The translations under genes were made by a program, and so were the position numbers. From contig JBJDZI010000094.1 in NCBI GenBank assembly GCA_051867925.1, positions 48,092 to 112,091 of the forward strand: a stretch of 64,000 nucleotides of DNA, given 5' to 3'. Shown piece by piece: positions 45,676 to 54,306 of this stretch. This stretch comes from Eubacteriales bacterium. GTDB taxonomy: Bacteria; Bacillota; Clostridia; Oscillospirales; CAG-272. Position 1 is the stretch's first letter. Each line of letters begins with the position of its first letter. The notes below the pieces were generated by a model. That model searched no databases. It had not been told where the DNA came from and was given only the letters and a program-made list of their open reading frames with translations.

Positions 45676-46469
45676 GACGCGCTGCTCAGAATATCTTCCA
45701 GCGATTTGAGATAATCGTCGAAGTAAGCGGAATCTACTTTTACCAAGAAGGGATCGTCCAAAATCTTGGCGCCCTCGGGGCTGATGTAATAATTCCCGTC
45801 CTCATCGCCGTAAACGGTCAGATTCAGATAGAGCCAGCGATAGGTGTTCGAGGTCACGCGCAGAGTCAGTTTGATGTCCAGCGTATCCATCAGACCCGAA
45901 TCGTACAGATCCTTATTGTCCTCGGCAAGGATCTCCTTCATCAGTTTGTCGGTCTTTTCGGCATTCAGCGTGTAGGTGGAAAAAGAAGTGGAACCGGGAT
46001 TGCTGAAATAGATCTGCTCCCAATCAAAATCGGCATAATCGGGCATCGTGACCGCATCGGGATTGTAGTAGATCTGACCGCCCACCGATTTGGCAGTGGT
46101 GAGCCATTCCGTAGCGGGGCGGAAATGCACCTTATTCTCCTCATCCCGATAGCCGACCTGATAAAGCGGCCAACGGTCGCTTCTGGCGTAAGGATACTCC
46201 TCCCCTGCATTGGTCACCGCCTCAAAGCAGAAGGGCGCAGGGATATAGGTAATTCCCTTGGTCTCATCGGTATAGGTACCGTCTTTGGAATTGTAGACCA
46301 GCCACTCGGTATGCCACTCTTCCTCTGCGGTCAGCGCGTTATAGATGACGACGCCGACGGCGATGGCTGCCAGTACACCAAAGATAATGAGCCAAGGCAG
46401 TAACGTGCGGAAGGGCGGCAGACTACGGAATTTTTTCTGAATGGGTTTCTGATTTGCGGAATGTTTCAT
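45672..46469 (-). CDS. Hypothetical membrane-anchored extracytoplasmic protein
   Basis: 265 aa. Basic N-terminus, single TM LLPWLIIFGVLAAIAVGVVIY, acidic/aromatic-rich body. 4-nt overlap with rimI. Confidence 0.65.
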   Translation of the reverse strand: MKHSANQKPIQKKFRSLPPFRTLLPWLIIFGVLAAIAVGVVIYNALTAEEEWHTEWLVYNSKDGTYTDETKGITYIPAPFCFEAVTNAGEEYPYARSDRWPLYQVGYRDEENKVHFRPATEWLTTAKSVGGQIYYNPDAVTMPDYADFDWEQIYFSNPGSTSFSTYTLNAEKTDKLMKEILAEDNKDLYDSGLMDTLDIKLTLRVTSNTYRWLYLNLTVYGDEDGNYYISPEGAKILDDPFLVKVDSAYFDDYLKSLEDILSSAS

Positions 46470-46489
46470 AAATTATCCAAACTATAAGA

Positions 46490-46978
46490 TCAATAACCGA
46501 ATTTGCCGCTGAGGCTGTCATCCTCGCGGATCCAGTCGCGGACGTTGACGGTCTGGTAGGTGACGGGAGAGGTACGGATCAGCACGGTGGCGATGCCTGC
46601 GTTGATAATCATGCGCTTGCACATGGCGCAGGAGCAAACATCGGTCAGCAGTTCTCCGGTAGGGCTGTCCTCTCCTACCAGATAGAGGGTCGCCCCCAGC
46701 ATCTGATCGCGGGAAGCATTGATGATGGCGTTTTGCTCGGCGTGCAGGGCGCGGCACAGCTCGTACCGTTCGCCGCGGGGAATATTGAGTTGTTCGCGGA
46801 CACAAAATCCCAGTTCGATGCAGTTGGCACGTCCTCTGGGCGCGCCATTGTAACCGGTGGAAACGATCACGTCGTTCTTGACAATGATGGCGCCGTAACG
46901 CTTTCTGAGGCAGGTGGAACGCTTCAAGACAGTCTGGGCGATATCCAGGTAATAGTTTGGTTTGGACACTCGATCCAT
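46490..46978 (-). CDS. dCMP deaminase family protein (ComEB-like cytidine/deoxycytidylate deaminase)
   Basis: Trimmed to ATG 46978 (MDRVSKPNYYLDIA.., GGAGGT SD). HAEQNAI and PCxxC-type CSCAMCKRMI zinc motifs. Confidence 0.85.
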   Translation of the reverse strand: MDRVSKPNYYLDIAQTVLKRSTCLRKRYGAIIVKNDVIVSTGYNGAPRGRANCIELGFCVREQLNIPRGERYELCRALHAEQNAIINASRDQMLGATLYLVGEDSPTGELLTDVCSCAMCKRMIINAGIATVLIRTSPVTYQTVNVRDWIREDDSLSGKFGY

Positions 46979-47024
46979 ACGGTACCTCCAAAATGGGGAG
47001 ATTTCCCCTATTATCGTATTTTCT

Positions 47025-47053
47025 ATTGTAGCACACCAAAGCGGCGAAATCAA
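47025..47053 (-). promoter_or_regulatory. Sigma-70-type promoter for the deaminase gene
   Basis: Minus strand reads TTGATT (47053-47048), 17 nt, TGc-TACAAT (47030-47025). Confidence 0.6.
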
Positions 47054-47335
47054 TAGGGACAGACTAAGTTTTCATAGAATTGTTACATTTTTCACGAAAT
47101 CCGATTCCCGCCTTCCCCGCAGGTAGCCCATTTCCACTCGGTCATCCTGAGCATGATCGCAAAGCGACAGTCTAAGGATCTCCTGGGGTTTCGCCATAGC
47201 AGGGTTCTATGACACTAAAAGCGGAGCGGAAGGATCTGCCGGCATCAAAAAGTCATCCGTAAATCCTTCCACTCCGCAAACGTGAACCGCCTGTTCTGTT
47301 TAGGAGAGATGCCCGCATAAGCGCGAGCACTGCCG

Positions 47336-48217
47336 TCACACGCCTTCCAACCGAAAGGACGGCGTATATTCCGCCTTCGCGCTGTCGGGAGACTGACAGT
47401 AGCCTGCAAAGCCCGTCTCCTCCACCGCCGAGAGTACCGATTGATACTCAAAAGTAGTGATCCGCCGATCGGGCGCGCCCGCCGCGCCGTTGGGGGTGTA
47501 CTGCGCCATGAGCGACAGCAAAATCTCATCCTCCCCGAAAGTATCGGCAAGCATCTTCACTGCCGCAATACTGTTTTTCCGCTGCCCGGGCAAAACCAGA
47601 TGCCGCACCAATACCCCGCGGCGAAGCAGTCCGTCAGCATCAAGCAGAGGCTTCCCTGCCCGTTTTACCATCTCGCGGATGGCGGCAAGTGCCACCATAG
47701 GATAATCTCCCGCGCCCGACAGACGGGCGGCAAGATCGCTATCAGCGTACTTAAAGTCGGGGAGCCACACATCTGCGACTCTCGCAAACAGTTCCACCTG
47801 CATGGGCGAAAAATAACCGCCGCAGTTGATGACGATGGGAAGGGCAAGTGCTTCCTTGATTTCCTCCAACACAGGAACAACCGGCTTCGCATACGCATCG
47901 GGGGTCACCAGATTGAGATTGTGTACACCCGCCGCTTTCAGCTCAAAACAAATCTCCCGAAAACGGTCGGGAGTGATGTCTTTTCCGAAATTTTCGGTAG
48001 AAATCACGCGATTTTGACAAAACACGCATCGGAGCGTACATCCCGAAAAGAAGATCGCACCCGACCCTCGAGTTCCCGAGATACACGGCTCCTCCCACAG
48101 ATGGGGCATCGCCCGCGCCAGACGGATGGCGCCCCCCGCCCCGCAGTACCCCTGCCGTACCGAGCGATCGGCACCGCAGGCGCGGGGGCAGAGGGTGCAA
48201 CGGCTGCTCCCACTCAT
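47336..48217 (-). CDS. Radical SAM protein of the PflX type (pyruvate formate-lyase-activase-like)
   Basis: 293 aa. N-terminal CTLCPRACGADR..GYCG plus radical SAM CTLRCVFCQN. ATGA overlap with the upstream ClC gene. Confidence 0.85.
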   Translation of the reverse strand: MSGSSRCTLCPRACGADRSVRQGYCGAGGAIRLARAMPHLWEEPCISGTRGSGAIFFSGCTLRCVFCQNRVISTENFGKDITPDRFREICFELKAAGVHNLNLVTPDAYAKPVVPVLEEIKEALALPIVINCGGYFSPMQVELFARVADVWLPDFKYADSDLAARLSGAGDYPMVALAAIREMVKRAGKPLLDADGLLRRGVLVRHLVLPGQRKNSIAAVKMLADTFGEDEILLSLMAQYTPNGAAGAPDRRITTFEYQSVLSAVEETGFAGYCQSPDSAKAEYTPSFRLEGV

Positions 48218-49512
48218 TTGATCCGCCGTCCCATTCCCACGCGGCTATGATGGACATACTCTTCCTGCAGTTTGGAATAGGCAACTTCCCGTCCCGAATA
48301 GAAGCTGTAATAGCCCGACAGCAGATAAAGCATTGCCGCCATCATAGCGAAATACAGGATGCCCTCGCCGCCGAACAGTTCTAGTCCCAAAACCAAGGAT
48401 GCGATAGGGCAGTTGGTCATTCCCGAGAAGAGAGCCACCAGTCCCAGCGCCGCACCGAAAGAGGGAGGAAGCCCCATCCAGGTCGCCAGTACACACCCAA
48501 AGGTAGCACCGATAAAGAAACCCGGGACGATCTTGCCGCCCTTGAAGCCGCAACCCAGTGTAAAGGCGGTGAAGGCGATCTTCAGCAGGCAATCCCAAGG
48601 ATTTGCCTTGCCCGCCACCGCGGCGACCACTCCTTCCATGCCCGCTCCGTTGTAAGCAAAGCCGCGGGTGAACAGCCACACGATCCCGGTCAAGAGGATC
48701 ACGATCACGCCGCCCGCCACCACTCGCAGATAGGGGCTGGACAGATGATGCGCCGCCAAATGCTGTACTTTATGCACCGAAGAGACGAACAGCACGGTCA
48801 GCAGGGCAAAAACCACGCCCATCAAAAGTGCTTTGCCAAGCGTCGCAAGCGACAGTTCGGGTATGATGACCTCTGCCATCTTCTGTGCCGCAGGCACCAC
48901 GCCGCAGGTGGTTGCCAGCAGGTAAGCGATCACGGAGGAGATAAAACAGGGGAAGAATGCCATATAGTAGACCGTTCCCACGCTGATCATCTCAATGGCG
49001 AAGACTGACGCCGTCACGGGCGTCCCGAAAACGGCGGAAAAGAGTGCCGCCATGCCGCACATCGCCAAAATGTTGGTGTCCTTTTCCTTCAAACGGAGCA
49101 TTCTTCCGCAGAAAGTACCAACCGCGCCGCCCATTTGGAGCGCCGCCCCCTCTCTGCCCGAAGAACCGCCGCAAAGCTGTGTCAGTGCAGTTCCCACGAA
49201 GACCAGCGGTGCCACGGCATAAGGGACTTTCAGATCCTCTCTCACCGAGTGGACGATCATATCGGAGCCGTTGTCCTTTTTGACTTTGCCGATCTTGTAC
49301 AGCCACACGATGACCACACCCACCACAGGCAAAAGGAAGATCAGCCAGCGATGGTGGGCAAACTGATGAGAGGCAAGCTCCAGCGTCAGGTCGAAGGCGG
49401 TGCCGATCAGCCCGCAGAGCAGTCCCATGGAGGCGGCAAAAGCCAACCAGCGCAAAAGAGTAAACAGATAAGTGTAACGAAGCCGCCATTTACGGAATAG
49501 TTTTTTCAGCAT
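48214..49512 (-). CDS. ClC family voltage-gated chloride channel / H+-Cl- antiporter
   Basis: Trimmed to ATG 49512 (MLKKLFRKWRL, GAAGGA SD). GGSSGREGAALQMG and GFKGGKIVPGFFIGATFG selectivity-filter-type motifs. Confidence 0.85.
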   Translation of the reverse strand: MLKKLFRKWRLRYTYLFTLLRWLAFAASMGLLCGLIGTAFDLTLELASHQFAHHRWLIFLLPVVGVVIVWLYKIGKVKKDNGSDMIVHSVREDLKVPYAVAPLVFVGTALTQLCGGSSGREGAALQMGGAVGTFCGRMLRLKEKDTNILAMCGMAALFSAVFGTPVTASVFAIEMISVGTVYYMAFFPCFISSVIAYLLATTCGVVPAAQKMAEVIIPELSLATLGKALLMGVVFALLTVLFVSSVHKVQHLAAHHLSSPYLRVVAGGVIVILLTGIVWLFTRGFAYNGAGMEGVVAAVAGKANPWDCLLKIAFTAFTLGCGFKGGKIVPGFFIGATFGCVLATWMGLPPSFGAALGLVALFSGMTNCPIASLVLGLELFGGEGILYFAMMAAMLYLLSGYYSFYSGREVAYSKLQEEYVHHSRVGMGRRIK

Positions 49513-49692
49513 TTTTTGTCCTTCACGAATAAACATTTGTAGCCGGCAAACATTTGCCGGCTTTTAGATGTCCGTAAACCAGTTTTTGGAATACGCCTCC
49601 GCCCCTCCGGGGCGGAGGGAGTGGCAAAGCCACTCCCTTCCGATCTCATGCCCCGGCGGTCGGAAAGATGCGCTGTATCGGGTGCAGACTTC

Positions 49693-50664
49693 TTAAATTG
49701 CGTTGACGCAGACCGATACGGCGGCAGAGCAAGTGAAGACATCGTAGTCCTTCTCCTCGGTGGGCAGACCCAGCTGGGTGTTCATCAGTCCCTTGGAGTT
49801 CTTGTTCGCCCATGCGCTGTCGGCGTTTTTGCGGAGCCAATCCATATACTCGGGCTTGTCAAAGGAGAGGGCGAACAGACGGAGCCAGCGCGCCATAATG
49901 CCCTTGAAGCCGGGCAGATCGTTGCCGCCCTCCTCGTTGTTCATCACGCCACCGTGATACATCTCGTTCATGGCAAAGGACGCCGCCTTTTCTGCATTCT
50001 GACGGTATTCTTCCTCGCCTGTATGGGCGTACAGCAGGCAGTTTGCGCCCACATAGGTTCCCTGATTGTAGGTAGACGCCCAATGGTTGTACTTCCCTTC
50101 CAAATTGATACAGTCGGACACGTGTCCGTTGGAAGTATCGGTCAGCACCTTGTTCTGCCACGCGATGATCGCCTTTGCCTGATCGTAGTATGTCTCATCG
50201 TCCATCGCTTTAGCCAACAGACAGGCAGCAATGGCACCGGGGCAGTTGACACAGGAGTTCTTGCACTGGTTTTCCACGCGCCAGAACAGACCGCCGCCCA
50301 TAAATTTCTCATCCCATGCCCGGGCGAAGGTCAGATCGTAGTTGACCTTTGCGGTCTGTGCATACTTGCGCTCACCGGTGAGCAGGGTTGCACGGGTCAG
50401 CGCGATGACCAGCCACATAATATCGTCGTTGTAGGGATTATACTCCCATGTCGCATGATAATTCTGCAGGACGAACTGATACATTTCCTCGATCTGCTCT
50501 TTGTAGATGGGATCGCCGGTGATCTGGTACATATCGTCGATGATTTCAAAAATCTCGGCATAGTCCCAGAAATCGGCTTTTTCGTAGCCGCCCTCTTTGT
50601 AATAGACCGCCTTGTGTGCTTCGATGGCTTCTTTGGCGCGGGCGATGCGCTCGGTTTGTGTCAT
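49693..50664 (-). CDS. Glycoside hydrolase family 76-like (alpha-1,6-mannanase fold), no signal peptide
   Basis: Trimmed to ATG 50664 (MTQTERIARAKE, GGAGGAG SD). YNDDIMWLVIAL, GGGLFWRVENQCKNSCVNCPGAIA, STYNQGTY. Confidence 0.8.
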   Translation of the reverse strand: MTQTERIARAKEAIEAHKAVYYKEGGYEKADFWDYAEIFEIIDDMYQITGDPIYKEQIEEMYQFVLQNYHATWEYNPYNDDIMWLVIALTRATLLTGERKYAQTAKVNYDLTFARAWDEKFMGGGLFWRVENQCKNSCVNCPGAIAACLLAKAMDDETYYDQAKAIIAWQNKVLTDTSNGHVSDCINLEGKYNHWASTYNQGTYVGANCLLYAHTGEEEYRQNAEKAASFAMNEMYHGGVMNNEEGGNDLPGFKGIMARWLRLFALSFDKPEYMDWLRKNADSAWANKNSKGLMNTQLGLPTEEKDYDVFTCSAAVSVCVNAI

Positions 50665-50779
50665 ATGGATCTCCTCCTCGGACGATAATGGAATTGCTTG
50701 TATTGTAGCACATACTTTGGCAAATTGCAAGTATTTCGGACAAAAAAGATGCATTTGCAATAGCATAAATGCAATAGGG

Positions 50780-50960
50780 GCTGTCGCAATAAACCCTCTG
50801 AGCGAATACTACTGATATTCTGCCCTGCCAAGGCGAACCAATAAAGTGTTTGTTTTTTGATCATCGTTAGTTTGCTCTGAGGAGAGGGAGAAACCATTTC
50901 AGACGCCGAAGTATTCTCCCTCTCCTCAGACTGCTCTCCCTCTTCCTTGGCTCCGGCAGT
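50780..50960 (+). repeat. Intergenic ~190-nt repeat family, copy C
   Basis: GCTGTCGCAATA..CTACTGATAT..AAAGTGTTT..GTTAGTTTGCTCTGAG, perfect stem GAGGAGAGGGAGAA (50879-50892) / TTCTCCCTCTCCTC (50914-50927), loop ACCATTTCAGACGCCGAAGTA, ..CTCTCCCTCTTCCTTGGCTCCGGCAGT. Confidence 0.85.
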
Positions 50961-51021
50961 TCAGCAAAATCCAAATATATAACAAAGTGCCCTCAAAAAC
51001 ACACTTTTGCAAAAGCACTTG

Positions 51022-51056
51022 CAAAAAACCTCCGCCCCGATCAGTCGGAGCGGAGG
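51022..51056 (-). terminator. Rho-independent terminator of the large surface hydrolase gene
   Basis: Minus strand: CCTCCGC..GCGGAGG hairpin (51029-51056) followed by TTTTTT (plus-strand A-run 51023-51028). Confidence 0.7.
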
Positions 51057-51084
51057 CTCGGTTTGAAAAGCAATACAGATCTGC

Positions 51085-54000
51085 TTACTTCTTGCGTTTG
51101 AGGATCAAAAGCACGACGACTGCCGCGACTGTCACCGTCGCGATCACGATCACCACCACGGTTACCGTGGAGCCTCCGTCCTCTTCGCCCACATCGACGG
51201 GATCGTCCCCTGTCTCGTCGGGCGTCTCAGGAGTCTTGTCGGAACCGGGAGCGGTAGTCGTTCCGGGGTCCGCAGGATCGCCGGGATCGGAGGGATCGCC
51301 GGGATTGCCGGGATCGGAGGGATCGTCTGCTGTTCCGGGCGCATCGGGATCAGCGGGCAGTTGATACTCGTTGTCCACCGATACGTTGGTAGCATACTGA
51401 TTCTGTGCAAGTCCGGGCTTCAGCTCGCTGATGGAGTCTGTCCGCTCTCCTGCAAAGTAGACATTGCAGAAGGTCACGCCGTCCACATAGCTGGCTTCGT
51501 TCAGTCCCTGCACCACGATTCCCTTCTCGCCCAACGCTTCGGGATATACGTATACATTGTTCAGTACCACATTTTCCACGATGCCGTTGCCCCGTGCGTT
51601 CTGCTCGGTGTAGACGTAGAACCATACGCAATAATTGCCGATGAGCGAGTTGATCTTCTCAATATAGCAGTTGTCGAAAACGATATTCTTGACCGTTCCC
51701 TCGCCCGACTTCAGATGGATACCCATGCCGCGCGCCGCGTCGATGGTAACACAGTCGCGGAAGGTCACGTCGTATTGCATCTGATTGGAGCCCTGTCCTA
51801 CCTTGTAGCCAAAACACTTACTGTAAGCCATACAGTTCTCAAAGACCACATCGGAGAGGTACTCGGGAACGCCCGCCCAGTTGATGGTGATACCCGTCTT
51901 GTAGGGCCATGTTTTGGTAGAGAACGAGTCATCGCGGGAGAAGCCGATGCAACTACGCACCACCACGTTCTGGCTCTCGCAAATGTCAATGCAGTCATCC
52001 TCGTACTGACGGTAGCCGATGAGCTGATACATCTTCAGCCATTCGAATACCATATGGTCGCTGCGCACGGCGATGACCGACCAGCAGATGCCCTCGCGGA
52101 TGGTAAGTCCTTCCAGAGTAAAGTAGGAGCAGGCGATCGGGATCACGGTATTGTTGCCGATCTCATACTGGAACGCGCCCGGATTATTGATAGACCAGAA
52201 CTCGCTGTCCCGTCCGTCCAGAACGCCGCGTCCGCCGATGCGGATGTCATAGGAGCCCTCCACCTTGGTGCCATCCTCACTCTCCTTGGCGTAGGTAGTA
52301 ATCCACCAGGTGTAGTCCAGTCCCTTACCGCCCGCAGGCGTATCCATAGAGGTCTTGTTGCCATGAACCTTCAAGAGAGAGGTGTCGGAGGTGATCCGCA
52401 TCGTGGCGCCGCCCTCCAGATACAGGAAGGTGTTGGAAGAGATCACCAGATTGCCCACATAGTACAGACCTGCGGGAATATAGACCACGCCGTTTTGGTG
52501 GCCCTTGACGCTGCCGTATGCGGAAGCATCGTCCAGTGCCTTCTGGATCGCCTCAGTGACCTGCTTATCGCTCATCTTGGTGGGGTCTACCGAATAGGGC
52601 GCGGCGGTGATGTTGAAGATGCCCTCGCCGCTCCGGGCGGGAACGTCAGTCTGCATCGGGTCTGCGGAGACGCAGAGATGCTTGCCGTTGATGATCAAAT
52701 CGTAGTTGTAGTTTTCGGTAATGGTCAGCGTGATCTTCTTGTTATTCTTGGAACACTCCACATTCATGTGCTGAGGGCTGACCGTAAGACTCCGCACGGA
52801 AACGTTGCATTCCACCACAACGGTCACAGGGCCCTTTTCGGGATCGTAATCGAAGGAAGCGAACTCGTACTGATCGTTTGCCATCACCGAGATCGGCACC
52901 TCCACACCGTCTACGGTGAGTTTATACTGCTCCGACTGATTATAGCAGTCGGCAAGGGGATAAACGGTGATCTTGTCGGTGGTTTGGGGAGCAGCCTTCA
53001 CACCGGGATAGGTATCCAGCATTCCGTCGGGAACGGTCACGGTGGCAGGCGTGCTGTTTTCTTTGGTGGCGATCTTGGGAATCTCCAATTCGGAGGTGAA
53101 GGTCAGCGTGGACTCGTCCACGGGATCGCCCAGTCTGATGTAGTCGATAGTAAAGGCGGAAGTCTCTTCGGTAGCACCTGCGCCAACCAGTTTGAAGGAC
53201 ACGGTATTCTCGCCCTTCTTGAAGTCGGCGTTACCCAGCGTTACGGTGCGGACATTACTGAGCCAGCCGTTCATCACACCGCCCACCAGTACGCCGGATT
53301 TCTGCGAGATCTCGCCGCCGATCTCCTTGCCGTTGACCAGCACCTGCACGGTGGAATAACTGTCGGTACCCGGACGGTACGCCCAGACCACGCTGTGTTG
53401 CCCTGCTTCTTCCAGCGTAACGGTATAATCCACGGTACCGCCGATGCCGCCGCTGCGGAAGTATGCCAGATCGCCCGATACCAGCGACGCACCCGTGATC
53501 TTCAGGCTCCACGCCCATTTGCTTTCCTTATTGACGGTAGTGGTCACGCCCTCGCTGTCGGTCACCGAGAAGGGAGTCGTTTCTGCCTCGAAAAGGAAGG
53601 GATCGGCCGGCTCACCGGGATCGGGTTCCACCGTGGGCTTGTCGCCGGGATTGCCGGTTGCGGCAACCAGTTTGAAATAGTCCACCGTAATGGCGGAATT
53701 GTACTCGCCGCCCGGATGGTTGGCGGTGGTCATAAAGGTGACGGTATTGATTCCTTTGACGAATGCCGCAGTACCCAGCGTAATCTCGCGGACGGCGTTG
53801 TGCTTGTTGACCTCACCTGCTACGGTATCGCCCGCTTTCAGCGAGATCTCGTCACCTACCGCCGTTCCGTTAACATAGACCTGCACGGTGGAGTAGGAAT
53901 CATTGCTGGGGCGCATCGCCCAGATCAGATCGTAATTCTTTGCCTCGTCCAGCGTGATGGTGTAATCCACAGTACCGCCCTCACCGCCGCTGCGAAAATA

Positions 54001-54246
54001 GGCGATGTTGCCGGAGTTGCCGGTGACACCGGTGAGGTTCAACTTCAGATTCCATTTCCATTTGCTGTTATTGGCACCGCTGCCGTCGCTCTTGGAAGTG
54101 GTGACGCCCGTGTTATCGGTTACGGTAAAGGGAGTATCTTCCCCTTCAAATTTCAGTTCTGCGGACTGGGTTGCGAAGACGCTCACACTGGGCAATGTCA
54201 AAACGCACCCCAGAATCAAAATCAAAGCAATGAGTTTTCTTTTCAT
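51085..54246 (-). CDS. Large secreted protein: 2 CBM6/35-like modules + beta-sandwich + right-handed beta-helix glycoside hydrolase-like domain (GH28/GH49/GH87-like) + Pro/Asp linker + C-terminal TM anchor
   Basis: About 1053 aa from ATG 54246 (MKRKLIALILILGCVL..VFA, GAGGAA SD). Modules start (L/F)(K/F)FE(G/A)E.TPF and end DY(F/I)(K/R)L. Helix region with EDDCIDI, SRDDSFSTKTW, GMGIHLKS. Tail ..VVVIVIATVTVAAVVVLLILKRKK. Confidence 0.8.
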   Translation of the reverse strand: MKRKLIALILILGCVLTLPSVSVFATQSAELKFEGEDTPFTVTDNTGVTTSKSDGSGANNSKWKWNLKLNLTGVTGNSGNIAYFRSGGEGGTVDYTITLDEAKNYDLIWAMRPSNDSYSTVQVYVNGTAVGDEISLKAGDTVAGEVNKHNAVREITLGTAAFVKGINTVTFMTTANHPGGEYNSAITVDYFKLVAATGNPGDKPTVEPDPGEPADPFLFEAETTPFSVTDSEGVTTTVNKESKWAWSLKITGASLVSGDLAYFRSGGIGGTVDYTVTLEEAGQHSVVWAYRPGTDSYSTVQVLVNGKEIGGEISQKSGVLVGGVMNGWLSNVRTVTLGNADFKKGENTVSFKLVGAGATEETSAFTIDYIRLGDPVDESTLTFTSELEIPKIATKENSTPATVTVPDGMLDTYPGVKAAPQTTDKITVYPLADCYNQSEQYKLTVDGVEVPISVMANDQYEFASFDYDPEKGPVTVVVECNVSVRSLTVSPQHMNVECSKNNKKITLTITENYNYDLIINGKHLCVSADPMQTDVPARSGEGIFNITAAPYSVDPTKMSDKQVTEAIQKALDDASAYGSVKGHQNGVVYIPAGLYYVGNLVISSNTFLYLEGGATMRITSDTSLLKVHGNKTSMDTPAGGKGLDYTWWITTYAKESEDGTKVEGSYDIRIGGRGVLDGRDSEFWSINNPGAFQYEIGNNTVIPIACSYFTLEGLTIREGICWSVIAVRSDHMVFEWLKMYQLIGYRQYEDDCIDICESQNVVVRSCIGFSRDDSFSTKTWPYKTGITINWAGVPEYLSDVVFENCMAYSKCFGYKVGQGSNQMQYDVTFRDCVTIDAARGMGIHLKSGEGTVKNIVFDNCYIEKINSLIGNYCVWFYVYTEQNARGNGIVENVVLNNVYVYPEALGEKGIVVQGLNEASYVDGVTFCNVYFAGERTDSISELKPGLAQNQYATNVSVDNEYQLPADPDAPGTADDPSDPGNPGDPSDPGDPADPGTTTAPGSDKTPETPDETGDDPVDVGEEDGGSTVTVVVIVIATVTVAAVVVLLILKRKK

Positions 54247-54306
54247 AGTATTCCTCACAAGTTCGAATGGAATGACGACTCGGATAAAACTAACGGTTCC
54301 CTGCGA

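Noticed and set aside
46490-46978. Deaminase as an anti-phage dCTP-deaminase-type defence gene
   Set aside because: It is only 162 aa, with standard ComEB/dCMP deaminase zinc motifs and no extra N-terminal kinase-like domain. It has its own housekeeping-style promoter.
47125-47235. GTCATCCTGAGC..CTAAGGATCTC-type motif and surrounding sequence as a repeat or ncRNA
   Set aside because: Only a single copy occurs in the window, with no convincing secondary structure or partner. There is not enough evidence to call anything.
47336-48217. Radical SAM gene as a prokaryotic viperin
   Set aside because: The N-terminal Cys-rich CxxCxxxC..C segment and overall layout match the PflX/activase-like group, not viperin. 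No nucleotide-kinase partner is present.
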